Shown: positions 37,680 through 50,518 of the stretch, piece by piece
Layout: the number at the start of each line of letters is the position of its first letter
Numbering within the stretch: the stretch's first letter is position 1
From: Eledone cirrhosa
Taxonomy: Eukaryota
DNA: 64,000 nt
Assembly: GCA_964016885.1 (NCBI GenBank)
Contig: OZ024748.1
Coordinates: 44,330,001 to 44,394,000, forward strand
Direction of reading: 5' to 3'
The notes under the pieces: generated by a model
Told to the model about the DNA's origin: nothing
What the model saw: the letters and a program-made list of their open reading frames with translations, nothing else
The model's database searches: none
Position numbers and translations under genes: made by a program

Positions 37680-40600
37680 GAGAGAGGGAGAGTACGTAGA
37701 TAGAGTGGTGGCTGTTATTGTGTATAAGAGAGGGAGAGTACGTAGATAGAGTGGTGGCTGTTATTGTGTATGAGAGAGAGAGAGAGTACGTAGATAGAGT
37801 GGTGGCTGTTATTGTGTATGAGAGAGAGAGAGAGTACGTAGATAGAGTGGTGGCTGTTATTGTGTATGAGAGAGAGGGAGAGTACGTAGATAGAGTGGTG
37901 GCTGTTATTGTGTATGAGAGAGAGAGTACTTAGATAGAGTGGTGGCTGTTATTGTGTAAGAGAGAGAGGGAGAGTACGTAGATAGAGTGGTGGCTGTTAT
38001 TGTGTATAAGAGAGGGAGAGTACGTAGATAGAGTGGTGGCTGTTATTATGTATGAGAGAGAGAGAGAGTACGTAGATAGAGTGGTGGCTGTTATTGTGTA
38101 TGAGAGAGAGGGAGAGTACGTAGATAGAGTGGTGGCTGTTATTGTGTATGAGAGAGAGAGAGTACGTAGATAGAGTGGTGGCTGTTATTGTGTATGAGAG
38201 AGAGAGAGAGTACGTAGATAGAGTGGTGGCTGTTATTGTGTATGAGAGAGAGAGAGAGTACGTAGATAGAGTGGTGGCTGTTATTGTGTATGAGAGAGAG
38301 AGAGAGTACGTAGATAGAGTGGTGGCTGTTATTGTGTATGAGAGAGAGGGAGAGTACGTAGATAGAGTGGTGGCTGTTATTGTGTATGAGAGAGAGAGTA
38401 CTTAGATAGAGTGGTGGCTGTTATTGTGTAAGAGAGAGAGGGAGAGTACGTAGATAGAGTGGTGGCTGTTATTGTGTATAAGAGAGGGAGAGTACGTAGA
38501 TAGAGTGGTGGCTGTTATTATGTATGAGAGAGAGAGAGAGTACGTAGATAGAGTGGTGGCTGTTATTGTGTATGAGAGAGAGGGAGAGTACGTAGATAGA
38601 GTGGTGGCTGTTATTGTGTATGAGAGAGAGAGAGTACGTAGATAGAGTGGTGGCTGTTATTGTGTATAAGAGAGGGAGAGTACGTAGATAGAGTGGTGGC
38701 TGTTATTGTGTATGAGAGAGAGGGAGAGTACGTAGATAGAGTGGTGGCTGTTATTGTGTATGAGAGAGAGAGAGTACGTAGATAGAGTGGTGGCTGTTAT
38801 TGTGTATGAGAGAGAGAGTACGTAGATAGAGTGGTGGCTGTTATTGTGTATGAGAGAGAGAGTACGTAGATAGAGTGGTGGCTGTTATTGTGTATGAGAG
38901 AGAGTACGTAGATAGAGTGGTGGCTGTTATTGTGTATGAGAGAGAGAGTACGTAGATAGAGTGGTGGCTGTTATTGTGTATGAGAGAGAGAGAGTACGTA
39001 GATAGAGTGGTGGCTGTTATTGTGTATGGGAGAGAGAGTACGTAGATAGAGTGGTGGCTGTTATTGTGTATGGGAGAGAGAGTACGTAGATAGAGTGGTG
39101 GCTGGTATTGTGTATAAGAGAGAGAGAGTACGTAGATAGAGTGGTGGCTGTTATTGTGTATGAGAGAGAGAGAGAGAGTACGTAGATAGAGTGGTGGCTG
39201 TTATTGTGTATGAGAGAGAGAGTATGTAGATAGAGTGGTGGCTGTTATTGTGTATAATAGAGAGGGAGAGTACGTAGATAGAGTGGTGGCTGTTATTGTG
39301 TATGGGAGAGAGAGAGAGTACGTAGATAGAGTGGTGGCTGTTATTGTGTATGAGAGAGGGAGTATGTAGATAGAGTGGTGGCTGTTATTGTGTATAATAG
39401 AGAGGGAGAGTACGTAGATAGAGTGGTGGCTGTTATTGTGTATGAGAGAGAGAGAGAGTACGTAGATAGAGTGGTGGCTGTTATTGTGTATGAGAGAGGG
39501 GGAGTACGTAGATAGAGTGGTGGCTGTTATTGTGTATGAGAGAGAGAGAGTACGTAGATAGAGTGGTGGCTGTTATTGTGTATGAGAGAGGGAGAGTACG
39601 TAGATAGAGTGGTGGCTGTTATTGTGTATGAGAGAGAGAGAGTACGTAGATAGAGTGGTGGCTGTTATTGTGTATGAGAGAGGGAGAGAGAGTACGTAGA
39701 TAGAGTGGTGGCTGTTATTGTGTATGAGAGAGGGAGAGAGAGTACGTAGATAGAGTGGTGGCTGGTATTGTGTATAAGAGAGAGAGAGTACGTAGATAGA
39801 GTGGTGGCTGTTATTGTGTATGAGAGAGAGAGAGTACGTAGATAGAGTGGTGGCTGTTATTGTGTATGAGAGAGAGAGTACGTAGATAGAGTGGTGGCTG
39901 TTATTGTGTATGAGAGAGAGAGTACGTAGATAGAGTGGTGGCTGTTATTGTGTATAAGAGAGAGAGAGTACGTAGATAGAGTGGTGGCTGTTATTGTGTA
40001 TGAGAGAGAGAGAGTACGTAGATAGAGTGGTGGCTGTTATTGTGTATGAGAGAGAGAGAGAGAGTACGTAGATAGAGTGGTGGCTGTTATTGTGTATGAG
40101 AGAGAGAGTATGTAGATAGAGTGGTGGCTGTTATTGTGTATAATAGAGAGGGAGAGTACGTAGATAGAGTGGTGGCTGTTATTGTGTATGAGAGAGAGAG
40201 TACGTAGATAGAGTGGTGGCTGTTATTGTGTATGAGAGAGAGAGAGAGAGTACGTAGATAGAGTGGTGGCTGTTATTGTGTATGAGAGAGAGAGAGAGAG
40301 TACGTAGATAGAGTGGTCGCTGTTATTGTGTATGAGAGAGAGAGTACGTAGATAGAGTGGTGGCTGTTATTGTGTATAAGAGAGAGGGAGAGTACGTAGA
40401 TAGAGTGGTGGCTGTTATTGTGTATGAGAGAGAGAGAGTACTAGATAGAGTGGTGGCTGTTATTGTGTATGAGAGAGAGAGAGAGTACGTAGATAGAGTG
40501 GTGGCTGGTATTGTGTATGAGAGAGAGAGAGTACGTAGATAGAGTGGTGGCTGTTATTGTGTATGAGAGAGAGAGTACGTAGATAGAGTGGTGGCTGTTA

Positions 40601-42116
40601 TTGTGTATAAGAGAGAGGGAGAGTACGTAGATAGAGTGGTGGCTGTTATTGTGTATAAGAGAGAGGGAGAGTACGTAGATAGAGTGGTGGCTGTTATTGT
40701 GTATAAGAGAGAGAGAGTACGTAGATAGAGTGGTGGCTGTTATTGTGTATAAGAGAGGGGGAGAGTACGTAGATAGAGTGGTGGCTGTTATTGTGTATAA
40801 TAGAGAGGGAGAGTACGTAGATAGAGTGGTGGCTGTTATTGTGTATGAGAGAGAGAGAGAGTACGTAGATAGAGTGGTGGCTGTTATTGTGTATAAGAGA
40901 GGGAGAGTACGTAGATAGAGTGGTGGCTGTTATTGTGTATAAGAGAGGGGGAGAGTACGTAGATAGAGTGGTGGCTGTTATTGTGTATGAGAGAGGGGGA
41001 GAGTACGTAGATAGAGTGGTGGCTGTTATTGTGTATGAGAGAGAGAGAGAGAGTACGTAGATAGAGTGGTGGCTGTTATTGTGTATGAGAGAGAGAGAGT
41101 ACGTAGATAGAGTGGTGGCTGTTATTGTGTATGAGAGAGAGAGTACGTAGATAGAGTGGTGGTTGTTATTGTGTATGAGAGAGAGAGAGTACGTAGATAG
41201 AGTGGTGGCTGTTATTATGTATGAGAGAGAGAGTACGTAGATAGAGTGGTGGCTGTTATTGTGTATGAGAGAGGGGGAGAGTACGTAGATAGAGTGGTGG
41301 CTGTTATTGTGTATGAGAGAGAGAGAGTACGTAGATAGAGTGGTGGCTGTTATTGTGTATGAGAGAGAGAGTACGTAGATAGAGTGGTGGTTGTTATTGT
41401 GTATGAGAGAGAGAGAGTACGTAGATAGAGTGGTGGCTGTTATTGTGTATGAGAGAGAGAGAGTACGTAGATAGAGTGGTGGTTGTTATTGTGTATGAGA
41501 GAGGGGGAGAGTACGTAGATAGAGTGGTGGCTGTTATTGTGTATGAGAGAGAGAGAGTACGTAGATAGAGTGGTGGCTGTTATTGTGTATGAGAGAGAGA
41601 GTACGTAGATAGAGTGGTGGCTGTTATTGTGTATGAGAGAGAGAGTACGTAGATAGAGTGGTGGTTGTTATTGTGTATGAGAGAGAGAGAGTACGTAGAT
41701 AGAGTGGTGGCTGTTATTGTGTATAAGAGAGGGGGAGAGTACGTAGATAGAGTGGTGGCTGTTATTGTGTATAAGAGAGGGAGAGTACGTAGATAGAGTG
41801 GTGGCTGTTATTGTGTATAAGAGAGGGGGAGAGTACGTAGATAGAGTGGTGGCTGTTATTGTGTATAAGAGAGAGAGAGAGTACGTAGATAGAGTGGTGG
41901 CTGTTATTGTGTATGAGAGAGAGAGAGTACGTAGATAGAGTGGTGGCTGTTATTGTGTATAAGAGAGGGGGAGAGTACTAGATAGAGTGGTGGCTGTTAT
42001 TGTGTATAAGAGAGAGAGAGTACGTAGATAGAGTGGTGGCTGTTATTGTGTATGAGAGAGAGAGTACGTAGATAGAGTGGTGGCTGTTATTGTGTATGAG
42101 AGAGAGAGAGAGTACG
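37680..42116. repeat. About 45-53-bp satellite, roughly 90 copies
   Basis: Constant GTACGTAGATAGAGTGGTGGCTGTTATTGTGTAT plus a variable (GA)n spacer. Confidence 0.97.
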
Positions 42117-42164
42117 TTTACAAGAAGAAAGGATGTTAAAAGATAAATTGATAGAAAGCAGCAG

Positions 42165-42280
42165 AGATAGTGTGAGATGTGTTGAAGGAACTAGACAAAA
42201 GTGTCAATCATTTAATGTGTGAATGTAGCAGAATGACAGAAAACAGAATAAATAAAAGTAAATAGATACACTGGGAAAAT
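42165..42280 (+). pseudogene. Degenerate CCHC zinc-knuckle region of an RLE-type (R4/Dong-like) non-LTR element
   Basis: CEMC..(frameshift)..ELDKSVNHLMCECSRMTE....IHWE resembles C..C....ET..H....C..LA..EY..RH.....IHW. Confidence 0.5.
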
Positions 42281-42336
42281 TTGGATTGAAATTAGATGAA
42301 AATTAGTAGACTGAACATTTGAAATATCTGTTGTTA

Positions 42337-42625
42337 TAACTGTTAAATACCATTGTTGGGTATCTTATTGAAAATAACTGTTAAATACCATTGTGGGATA
42401 TCTTATTAAAAATAACTGTTAGATACCATTGTTGGGTATCTTATTGAAAATAACTGTTAAATACCATTGTTGGGTAATCTTATTGAAAATAACTGTTAAA
42501 TACCATTGTGGGATATCTTATTAAAAATAACTGTTAAATATCCCTCTTGGGTATCTTATTGAAAATAACTGTTAACCCTTGTTGGATATCTTATTGAAAA
42601 TAACTGTTAAATACCATTGTTGGGT
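42337..42625. repeat. About 38-bp minisatellite, about 7.5 copies
   Basis: Unit ATAACTGTTAAATACCATTGTTGGGTATCTTATTGAAA. Confidence 0.9.
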
Positions 42626-42802
42626 CGAAATAGGGTTCCTCCGAAAGGTCTTTAGAGTGACATTGCTTGATAGTGCGTAGCTCGGAGATCAGAGAGTCAC
42701 TCTTGGTAGAGCCGCTATTTTTCCAACTTGAGAGATCATGGCTCTGATATTATGGGAATGTGGTTAGAATGTCTCAGGAAAGAATTGTTGAACAGATTTT
42801 AT
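42626..42802 (+). mobile_element. Degenerate RTE fragment (third family)
   Basis: SSEIRESLLVEPLFFQLERS....YGNVVRMSQERIVEQI; inverted homolog at 48020-48170. Confidence 0.65.
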
Positions 42803-42879
42803 GGGTAGATAGATAGAAAGATTGACAGACACACAGACAGATAGATACAGGCAAACAGGTAGATAGATAGAGAGATAGA

Positions 42880-45800
42880 TATGTTTCTTTATTAACCACA
42901 GGGGCACAAAAGAAGGGGACAAATACAAAGGGGGAAGTTTACATACAATAAAAAACGTGTAAAATATTATCACAAATACAATACCCCCGAAAAAATGTGC
43001 AACCCTCATCTCCAGGAGTACAAAGAGTTTGTGCTCCTTTCCTCTCCTCCTCCTTCTCCTCAACCTACAGGCTGATATAGAGAGAAGGCCCATTCACTCG
43101 GGCCATTCTCGCCACTTTCACCCACCTTTCATAAAACTTGCTGGGGTACAGCACCTCTCTCTCCATCCTGATTCTTCTTCCAAAGTGGTATTTGAAAAAA
43201 AGGATCAGCTGTTGGCCGGAGAGAAAGGTGTCTGACCTCAGTCCTTTCAACCTTGTCCACCATACAACCTCTTTCGCCATAGCTATCACACAAAGGAAAA
43301 CCGCCTCTCCTTCGTTTTTGAAGGAGGGTGGCGGTTTGATCATGACAATGGACTCGGTGGTCAACCGGATTGGTCCCACCCGCGACAATAGTCGTTCTAC
43401 ATAGCCCCACAGGTCGGTAACGCCCGGGAAGTGTATGAATGCGTGCGCGACGGTTTCTTCATCTCGCACGCACCTCGGACAGATTTTTTCGAAGGGTCTC
43501 TGACCAGGCGCCCATGTCTGTAGAGCTTGTCTCAAACTGGTAGAGCTCCTCGGTAGCATTGCCAGGCCAGGGACTTTTGGAAGTTGTCCATCAGTCCCGG
43601 GCGGAACGTCCTACCGAACAGACTGGCCAGTTCGTCTCCCTCTACGACTAGAGTTTCACCGAGCGCGTCGTCGCACTTGCTGCTGATCAACCCTCTATAG
43701 AATGACGAAGTGGAGTCTCCACTGATCGCCGGGTCCGCCTGCCAGAGGGCTGTGAGCGCCTGAGCACATTCGATGTGCCAGTCGCCCATTTTCCTCGGTC
43801 TTTGCTTGACCCAGGACTGCAGCTTGGTCAGCGAGACGAGTCGTGGGAAGGCTCGCCTCACAAACAAGGCTCACACCGGTTGTCTCGTGACGAATACATA
43901 GAGATGCCGCAGCCTGAGCGCGTGTTTGCGCATCGTCAACCACGGCATCCCCAGCCCTCTGTTGGAAGGGTGTTGGCAGCAGATGGATCTTCTCACCAAA
44001 GGAGCCCTCCTCTTCCAAAGGAATTGGAAGCGCGCGTGCTCCATTTTGGGGAGCGTTTTGGCTGGACAAGGCATGACGGTCAAGCGGTAGTAGATGGCGA
44101 ACGCTATAAAAGTGTTCGCCACCTCCGCTCGACCTTTCAAGGATAGTTTGCACTCGGCCCACTTCTGGGTGAGTGCAAACACCTTGGCCGTCACCTCGTT
44201 TCAGTTCTTCTCCACCTGGAGGTCCGGACCAAACCAGACCCCGAGCAGCTTTAATGGTCCTTCCGTCCAGCGTCCGACGACGCCATCGGAAGGCATCGGT
44301 TTGCTTCTCCACGATCCAAGTTGCAAACCAATGGACTTGTCCCGGTTCAGCTTCACTCCTGTGAACCTTTCGTATTCTTTCAGTAAGGTGCTGACTTCCT
44401 CGATTTGCGAGGTGCTCGACACCATTACTGTCACGTCGTTGACGTAGGGAGACACCGCTTTCTGCAGTCCCGGTTCCAGAGGGATGCCCTGCAATAGCTC
44501 CAACTTCCATACCGTCAACATCTAAGACCACCAGTCGACCCTCTGGGTCCAGATGTACCGTCTGTGTTATGAGGCCCGGGTGTTTCCGCAGCAAATCGGC
44601 AACCCCGTCCCGACCCCTTGGCTGACAGAGAGATGCGTAGATCCTAAAGTCATCGAAGATGGGGGCAGCTGTCGCTCGCTGTGGATCCTGGACTCGCAAA
44701 TGGCTACTACATCCATACTGAGCGACTTGAGGTCATTTAAGAGTTTGCCCTGTTTCCAGGGCATCCCCAGGCCGCGTACATTCACACATCCAACTCTTAT
44801 ATTGGCCATGTTGGTTCTGAAAAGTTAAAAGAAGAGGAAAAGAAAACACTCACCTCTTCGTCTTCCGGGGATCAGGCCACACGATTTCCATGGGGGTGTT
44901 AGAAGTGTTGTCTGAGTGGGTGGTGGTTTCCGGCGGGGTGGGGACAGAGATGTTTGGTGGGGAGGTGGTGTCTGATGAGGTGGGGGTGTCTGGGGTGAGG
45001 GTTGGGAAACTTTTTAAAAGGACGCGGTTAATGGGTTTAACACAAGGATTACCCACGTCCTTAGGAAAGTTTTCCTTTAAAGACTTATAGGTGTCCGTAG
45101 GGACCCTAATCATCTTTAAATTAGGTTTGTCTCCACAGTTTGAAAAAGTTTTCCCTTCGGTGAAAACCGAAGGGTCGTTGGAGATGACCTCCATTAAAGT
45201 TTTGTTTTTACTGTTTATGTATGTGTAATGTTCTTGTGTTGTGGTGGTTTTTGTCTGTTGTTCTTGTGGGAGCTTTCGTTTTGTTGTAGGCGTTTGTGTT
45301 TGGAGTGATGTCGTGGTTTTGTTTTCGGGACGGGGGGGTTTTGTTTGTGTTGGTGGTTGTATGTTTGTAGTAATGTTTGTTGTTTTTTTGTTCTTGTGGT
45401 GTCTTTTCTTCTTTCTTTTCGAACGGAGAGGTTCTCTCTCATCGTCACTTAGTGATGATGAGGGGGCCTCGTCCGTTGTGGTGTCTCTGTTATTTGGAAG
45501 GGGTGTTTTGGGGAGTTGTTGTGTTTGTGGGTGTTTTTGCAGTGGTTGTAGGTGGAGTGGGATTGGGTGGGTCTATGCTTGAAGGTTGGTTTGTTCTTGT
45601 TTTGGTTATGTTTGCGTGTTGTTGTTGTGGTGGTGGCGGTGTTGTTGTTTTGGGTGTTGGCAGTAGTGCCTCTTTTTGTTTTGTAGTTAACTGAGGACAG
45701 TACGCCTTCAGGTGACCACTGCTTGAACAGTGGTAACATGAAGGCCGCCTACCCTCAACAGAAATGTTTATGTGTGAAATTCCATCCAGAGGCACACGTT

Positions 45801-46491
45801 GGGGTATTTTAGCTATCCGTTCTGGCCTCATTTGGACCAGAACTTCCATGCTTGTACCATTGAATGTGCATTTGGAGGACTTTCCCACCGAAATGATGGT
45901 GTCTTCGTCGAAATCGATGAAGCCAGTTTAAATCCACCAGACATTTGGTGCAATGTTCGAAATTTTTATCTTTTGTGTCCTTTTTCCCATATATGTGGGG
46001 GAAAAGGTGTAGGGGGGGGGGGGGGGGGCAATCGGCGATACAGGATATTTTTGTGCCGTCAATTGGTCTTTCAACAACACTGAAATGCTTCCAAAAAGTT
46101 TCCCTTTTTGGATGAAGGCAATATCCTTCATGGAATTCTTCAGAACCAGTTCAATATCGTTTTGGGATAACTGAACTGGTTTTTTCGACACACTTGAAAA
46201 CGTCCTAAAAATTACTGTTTTTAGAACAGTTTCTCTGCGTAACTGTTGAGGAGAAGTGATGCTGAAAGCACCACTCTCACCAAAAGTTACGTACTGTTTC
46301 GCATCGCTTAACATTTCCCTAGCATTGGAAATGTCAAGGTATGTGAACAGTTCTGTCTTTTGGACGGTTTGAGCAAAGGAAATCTTTTCCTTGTTCGTGG
46401 AGTTGTTTGTGTTGTTGTTGTTGGTGGTGTTGTTATCATTGTTGCTGTTGTTGTTCTTGTTGTCATTATTGTTGTTGTTGTTGTTCTGGTT
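42880..46491 (-). mobile_element. Tx1/L1-clade LINE family 2, near full-length with a large internal deletion in ORF2
   Basis: ORF1 pieces (KEKISFAQTVQK, CYHCSSSGHLKAYC, MEVISNDP..WPDPRKTKR*), ORF2 start MANIRVGCVNVRGL at 44809, APE joined directly to the RT C-terminus near 44505, 3'UTR with AATAAA; (GATA)n flanks. Confidence 0.93.
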
Positions 46492-46604
46492 GGATAGATT
46501 GACAGACAGACAGATGTATAGATAGATACATACAAACAGGTGGATAGATAGAATAGTAAGTAGAAAGGTAGATAGGTAAATAGATAGATAGATAGATAAA
46601 TAGA

Positions 46605-46737
46605 TATGTTTCTTTATTAGCCACAGGGGCACAAAAGAAGGGGACAAATACAAAGGGGGAAGTTTACATACAATAAAAACGTGTAAAATGTTATCACAAA
46701 TGCAATTTAAAAAATTAGTCGATTTTCCCCAATAGGG
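46605..46737 (-). mobile_element. About 130-bp 3'UTR-only Tx1 family 2 insertion
   Basis: Matches 7613-7740 and 28410-28540; (GATA)n on both sides. Confidence 0.9.
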
Positions 46738-47297
46738 ATAGATAGGTAGATAGATAGATAGATAGGTAGATAAATACACAGATAGATAGATAGGTAGCAT
46801 TGCTATATTATTCTCCAACTATTTTTTGCTTCCTTTTGTTCTATCTCCTCCTCAGCAATTACTCAGATCAGTTTTAAGTACTATATGAGTCAGACCCTTT
46901 AATATGTCAACTCCAACAATCTTTCTTCCTATTATAATTTTAACTTGATGCCTTTCAAACATTCAACACTATTTTCCTTATTAAGAGTTTTTTTTAAATT
47001 TCTAATTTAGAGAAATACTAAGAAAATTACACAAGATTATATTTACAATACATAACATGTTATTGGTGTTAACAGGTCAGATCTGATTGAGCAATGGTGC
47101 CATTCGAAACATGACAATCCCTTTGGTTTTGAAGAAATATATGGTTGTCATTTGAGGAATATTTCATTGCTATTTCTCTATATGAGTTGCATGTACTATG
47201 TATTCCTTCTTCTTATAAAAGTTAAAGAAGCCGAGATGATTGTTTGCAACTTTGTTCCTGCTAGTATTTTGTCTTTGAGGTCTTGCTAGATATGGCA

Positions 47298-47912
47298 CAA
47301 CAATCTGTCTACTAGAAAAGATACTACAAACATTTGAATTTATAAACCTGTTTATAGACATTTATGACTGCATCACATTAAATATTAAAGTCTTAACTCT
47401 AGTTCTGCAAATTTTCTTAACAATCTGTCAAATAGTAAAGATACTTTAAACATTTGAATTAACAAACCAGATTGTAGATATTTATGACTGGATCACAATC
47501 AAAATTTATGTCTTTACTCTAGTTCTGCAAATTTTCACAACAATCTGTCTACTCGTAAAGATTCTTTAAACATTTGAATTAACAAACCAGATTGCAGATA
47601 TTTATGACTGCATCAGATTAACCCTTTAGCATTCACATTACTCTATATATACTATTATATTTTCATGGTAAAGGCTTTACCTCATGTAATTATCTCACAT
47701 AATATCGAATCTATGAGATTTTGAAAGTATTTATTTTGAGAACAATACCTTAAAATCAGTTTGAGCAACCAGTTACAGCCAGTTTCAACAGAAAGAGGTA
47801 GAGAATTCTGGCTGGTTTTAGCCGGTTCAAACACTAAAGGGTTAAATATTAAAGTCTTTACTCTAGTTCAACAATCTGTCCACCAGTAAAGATACTATAA
47901 ACATTTGAATTA
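47298..47912. repeat. 120-bp tandem repeat (about 3.3 units) interrupted by a MITE
   Basis: CAACAATCTGTC..AAACATTTGAATT..TTTATGACTG..ACTCTAGTTC recurs at a 120-bp period. Confidence 0.85.
47622..47841. mobile_element. piggyBac-like MITE (220 bp)
   Basis: TTAA|CCCTTTAG...CTAAAGGG|TTAA; the neighbouring repeat unit shows the empty site (CATCACATTAAATATTAAAGTC). Related right end at 61965-62073. Confidence 0.85.
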
Positions 47913-48019
47913 AATCACTGCAGAATGTTATGTTAATATAAGCCAAGGGACACTACTCATCACTACACTTTTATCAAGTACTTAGATGATTGAATTGATA
48001 CTGTATCAACTAAAGATAA

Positions 48020-48330
48020 AGAGATTCTTTCCTGAGACATTCTAACCATAGTATTGGAACTGTGATCTCTCAATTCGGAGAAATAGCAGCTCTACCTGGA
48101 GTGACTGTCTGATCTCCGGGCTACACAGTCTATCAAGTAACGTTACTTCAAAGACCATTTGGAGGAACCCCATTTAGGCCGCTTGTATTCACGATCGTAT
48201 TCTTTCGGTCATTACCCAAGATTCATGACCATAGGTAAGGGTTGGCACGAATACCTGCAAATCTTGGTCTTAATTAGTCTCCACAGTGTAACTCTATAAA
48301 AGTTGGTCGGCATAAGGAAGGTGTTTACAC
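48020..48330 (-). mobile_element. Degenerate RTE fragment (third family)
   Basis: Minus strand: PTLTYGHESWVMTERIRS..QAA*MGFL....YGYVRMSQER-like. Confidence 0.7.
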
Positions 48331-48333
48331 TTA

Positions 48334-48501
48334 CCGTATTTCCTGGCATCGAAGACGCTACTTTTATCCTAAAATAAGTCTCAAAAATCTACCATGAGTC
48401 CTGGAGGCCGAAGGTTGTTTATTATTTTTTTTTTATTTTTTGGTTGTCAAAATTAGGGTGCGTGCTCGAGGATGAAGCAACTTTGGCGCTGGCAAATACA
48501 G
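48334..48501. mobile_element. Tc1/mariner-pogo-type MITE
   Basis: TA|CCGTATTTCC...CAAATACAG; homologous to 23337-23504. Confidence 0.72.
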
Positions 48502-48835
48502 CACATATCTTCCCTCTCACAATATTACGCTGTCATCCTCCTTCAACACCTCGTATTGTCACTTTACCCATGGCATTATACTTACCATCCTTCCTACCTC
48601 CATCTTATTCCCCTCCCCAACGCCGTAGAGGTAGACAGGGTTCTCCAGTCAATGACCAACAACGTCCCTAGTTGGGGTGCTACCATAAAACGCCCCACCC
48701 CTCATACTCAGTACACTCTTTAAGGTGGTCAGTGTTAGGAACGGCTTGCAGATATAGAAAACATGTCAAAAGGAGCACAACTGCCTCTCTAGTGTTGGTG
48801 AACCACATCATAAAATACATGGGTGCACTTTAGAG

Positions 48836-49142
48836 CAGGCATGTCAAACTGAGGGTCCCCGAGGGCCACATGGGTCACATATGTGTTGTCTGAGGGCCAC
48901 ATGGGTCACATATGTGTTGTCTGAGGGCCACATGGGTCACGTATGTGTTGTCTGAGGGCCACATGGGTCACATATGTGTTGTCTGAGGGCCACACATGAC
49001 AACTAATTGCGCACATTACAATAAACTCTTTTATTTTATATTACGAAGACAAAACATGCTCGGGCTGTAAAAACCTTGGTGGGCCACAGGTGTGCTTGTA
49101 AAGGGCTGTATGTGACCCGTGGGCTGCTTTTTGGCATGTTTG
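48836..49142. mobile_element. hAT-like MITE with internal 31-bp tandem repeat (about 4 copies)
   Basis: CAGGCATGTCAAACTG start after CTTTAGAG; degenerate end TTGGCATGTTTG; GGGCCAC subterminal motifs. Confidence 0.6.
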
Positions 49143-49399
49143 GTGTAGGGACACATGTCTGTAGGGACACAAAAGGTAGGTGGTGATCCATGGTGTACTT
49201 TAGAGAGTAGAGACATAGGTAACCAAGATACTCTCATGGAATGACCGAATGAGGTTTATTTTTCAACATAGTCCCTGGAAAGAAACAATGCTGTTATTGA
49301 TAAGTAGTGTTGAAATGAATGCATGTAAGATTTCACAGCTCTAGTATCACTCCTTCATAGTCAGCCTACAAACTTTTTAGTCTACTCTTGTATGTCAGG

Positions 49400-50518
49400 T
49401 GGTATGTAGAGATGGCAGTAGTGGTATGTGTAGGTGGTAGTATGTGTAGGTGGTAGTAGCAGTAGTGGTATGTGTAGGTGGTAGTAGTAGTATGTGTAGG
49501 TGGTAGTAGTAGTAGGGGTATGTGTAGGTGTTAGTAGTGGTATGTGTAGGTGGTAGTAGTAGTATGTGTAGGTGGTAGTAGTAGTATGTGTAGGTGGTAG
49601 TAGTAGTATGTGTAGGTGTTAGTAGTGGTATGTGTAGGTGGTAGTAGTAGTAGGGGTATGTGTAGGTGTTAGTAGTGGTATGTGTAGGTGGTAGTAGTAG
49701 TATGTGTAGGTGGTAGTAGTAGTATGTGTAGGTGGTAGTAGTAGTAGTGGTATGTGTAGGTGTTAGTAGTGGTATGTGTAGGTGGTAGTAGTAGTATGTG
49801 TAGGTGGTAGTAGTAGTATGTGTAGGTGGTAGTAGTAGTAGTGGTATGTGTAGGTGGTAATAGTAGTAGTGGTATGTGTAGGTGGTAGTAGTAGTATGTC
49901 TAGGTGGTAGTAGTAGTATGTGTAGGTGGTAGTAGTAGTAGTGGTTTGTGTAGGTGGTAGTAGTAGTATGTCTAGGTGGTAGTAGTAGTATGTGTAGGTG
50001 GTAGTAGTAGTAGTGGTATGTATAGGTGGTAGTAGTAGTATGTCTAGATGGTAGTAGTAGTATGTGTAGGTGGTAGTAGTAGTATGTGTAGGTGGTAGTA
50101 GTAGTATGTGTAGGTGGTAGTAGTAGTAGTGGTATGTGTAGGTGGTAGTAGTAGTATGTGTAGGTGGTAGTAGTAGTAGTATGTGTAGGTGGTAGTAGTA
50201 GTAGTGGTATGTGTAGGTGGTAGTAGTAGTATGTCTAGGTGGTAGTAGTAGTATGTGTAGGTGGTAGTAGTAGTAGTGGTATGTGTAGGTGGTAGTAGTA
50301 GTATGTCTAGGTGGTAGTAGTAGTATGTGTAGGTGGTAGTAGTAGTAGTAGTGGTATGTGTAGGTGGTAGTAGTATGTGAAGGTGGTGGTAGTAGTAGTA
50401 GTGATATGTGTAAATGGTAGTAGTAGTAGTGATATGTGTAGGTGGTAGTAGTGGTATGTATAGGTGGTAGTAGTGGTATGTATAGGTGGTAGTAGTATGT
50501 GTAGGTGGTAGTAGTGGT
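49400..50518. repeat. TATGTGTAGGTG-(GTA)n compound minisatellite
   Basis: Direct inspection. Confidence 0.93.

Noticed and set aside
37680-42116. CRISPR-like constant repeat with variable spacers
   Set aside because: The spacers are only (GA)n length variants rather than unique sequences; no cas genes; eukaryotic context.
49400-50518. Telomere-like G-rich repeat
   Set aside because: No TTAGGG units; it is a compound GTA/GTG minisatellite.
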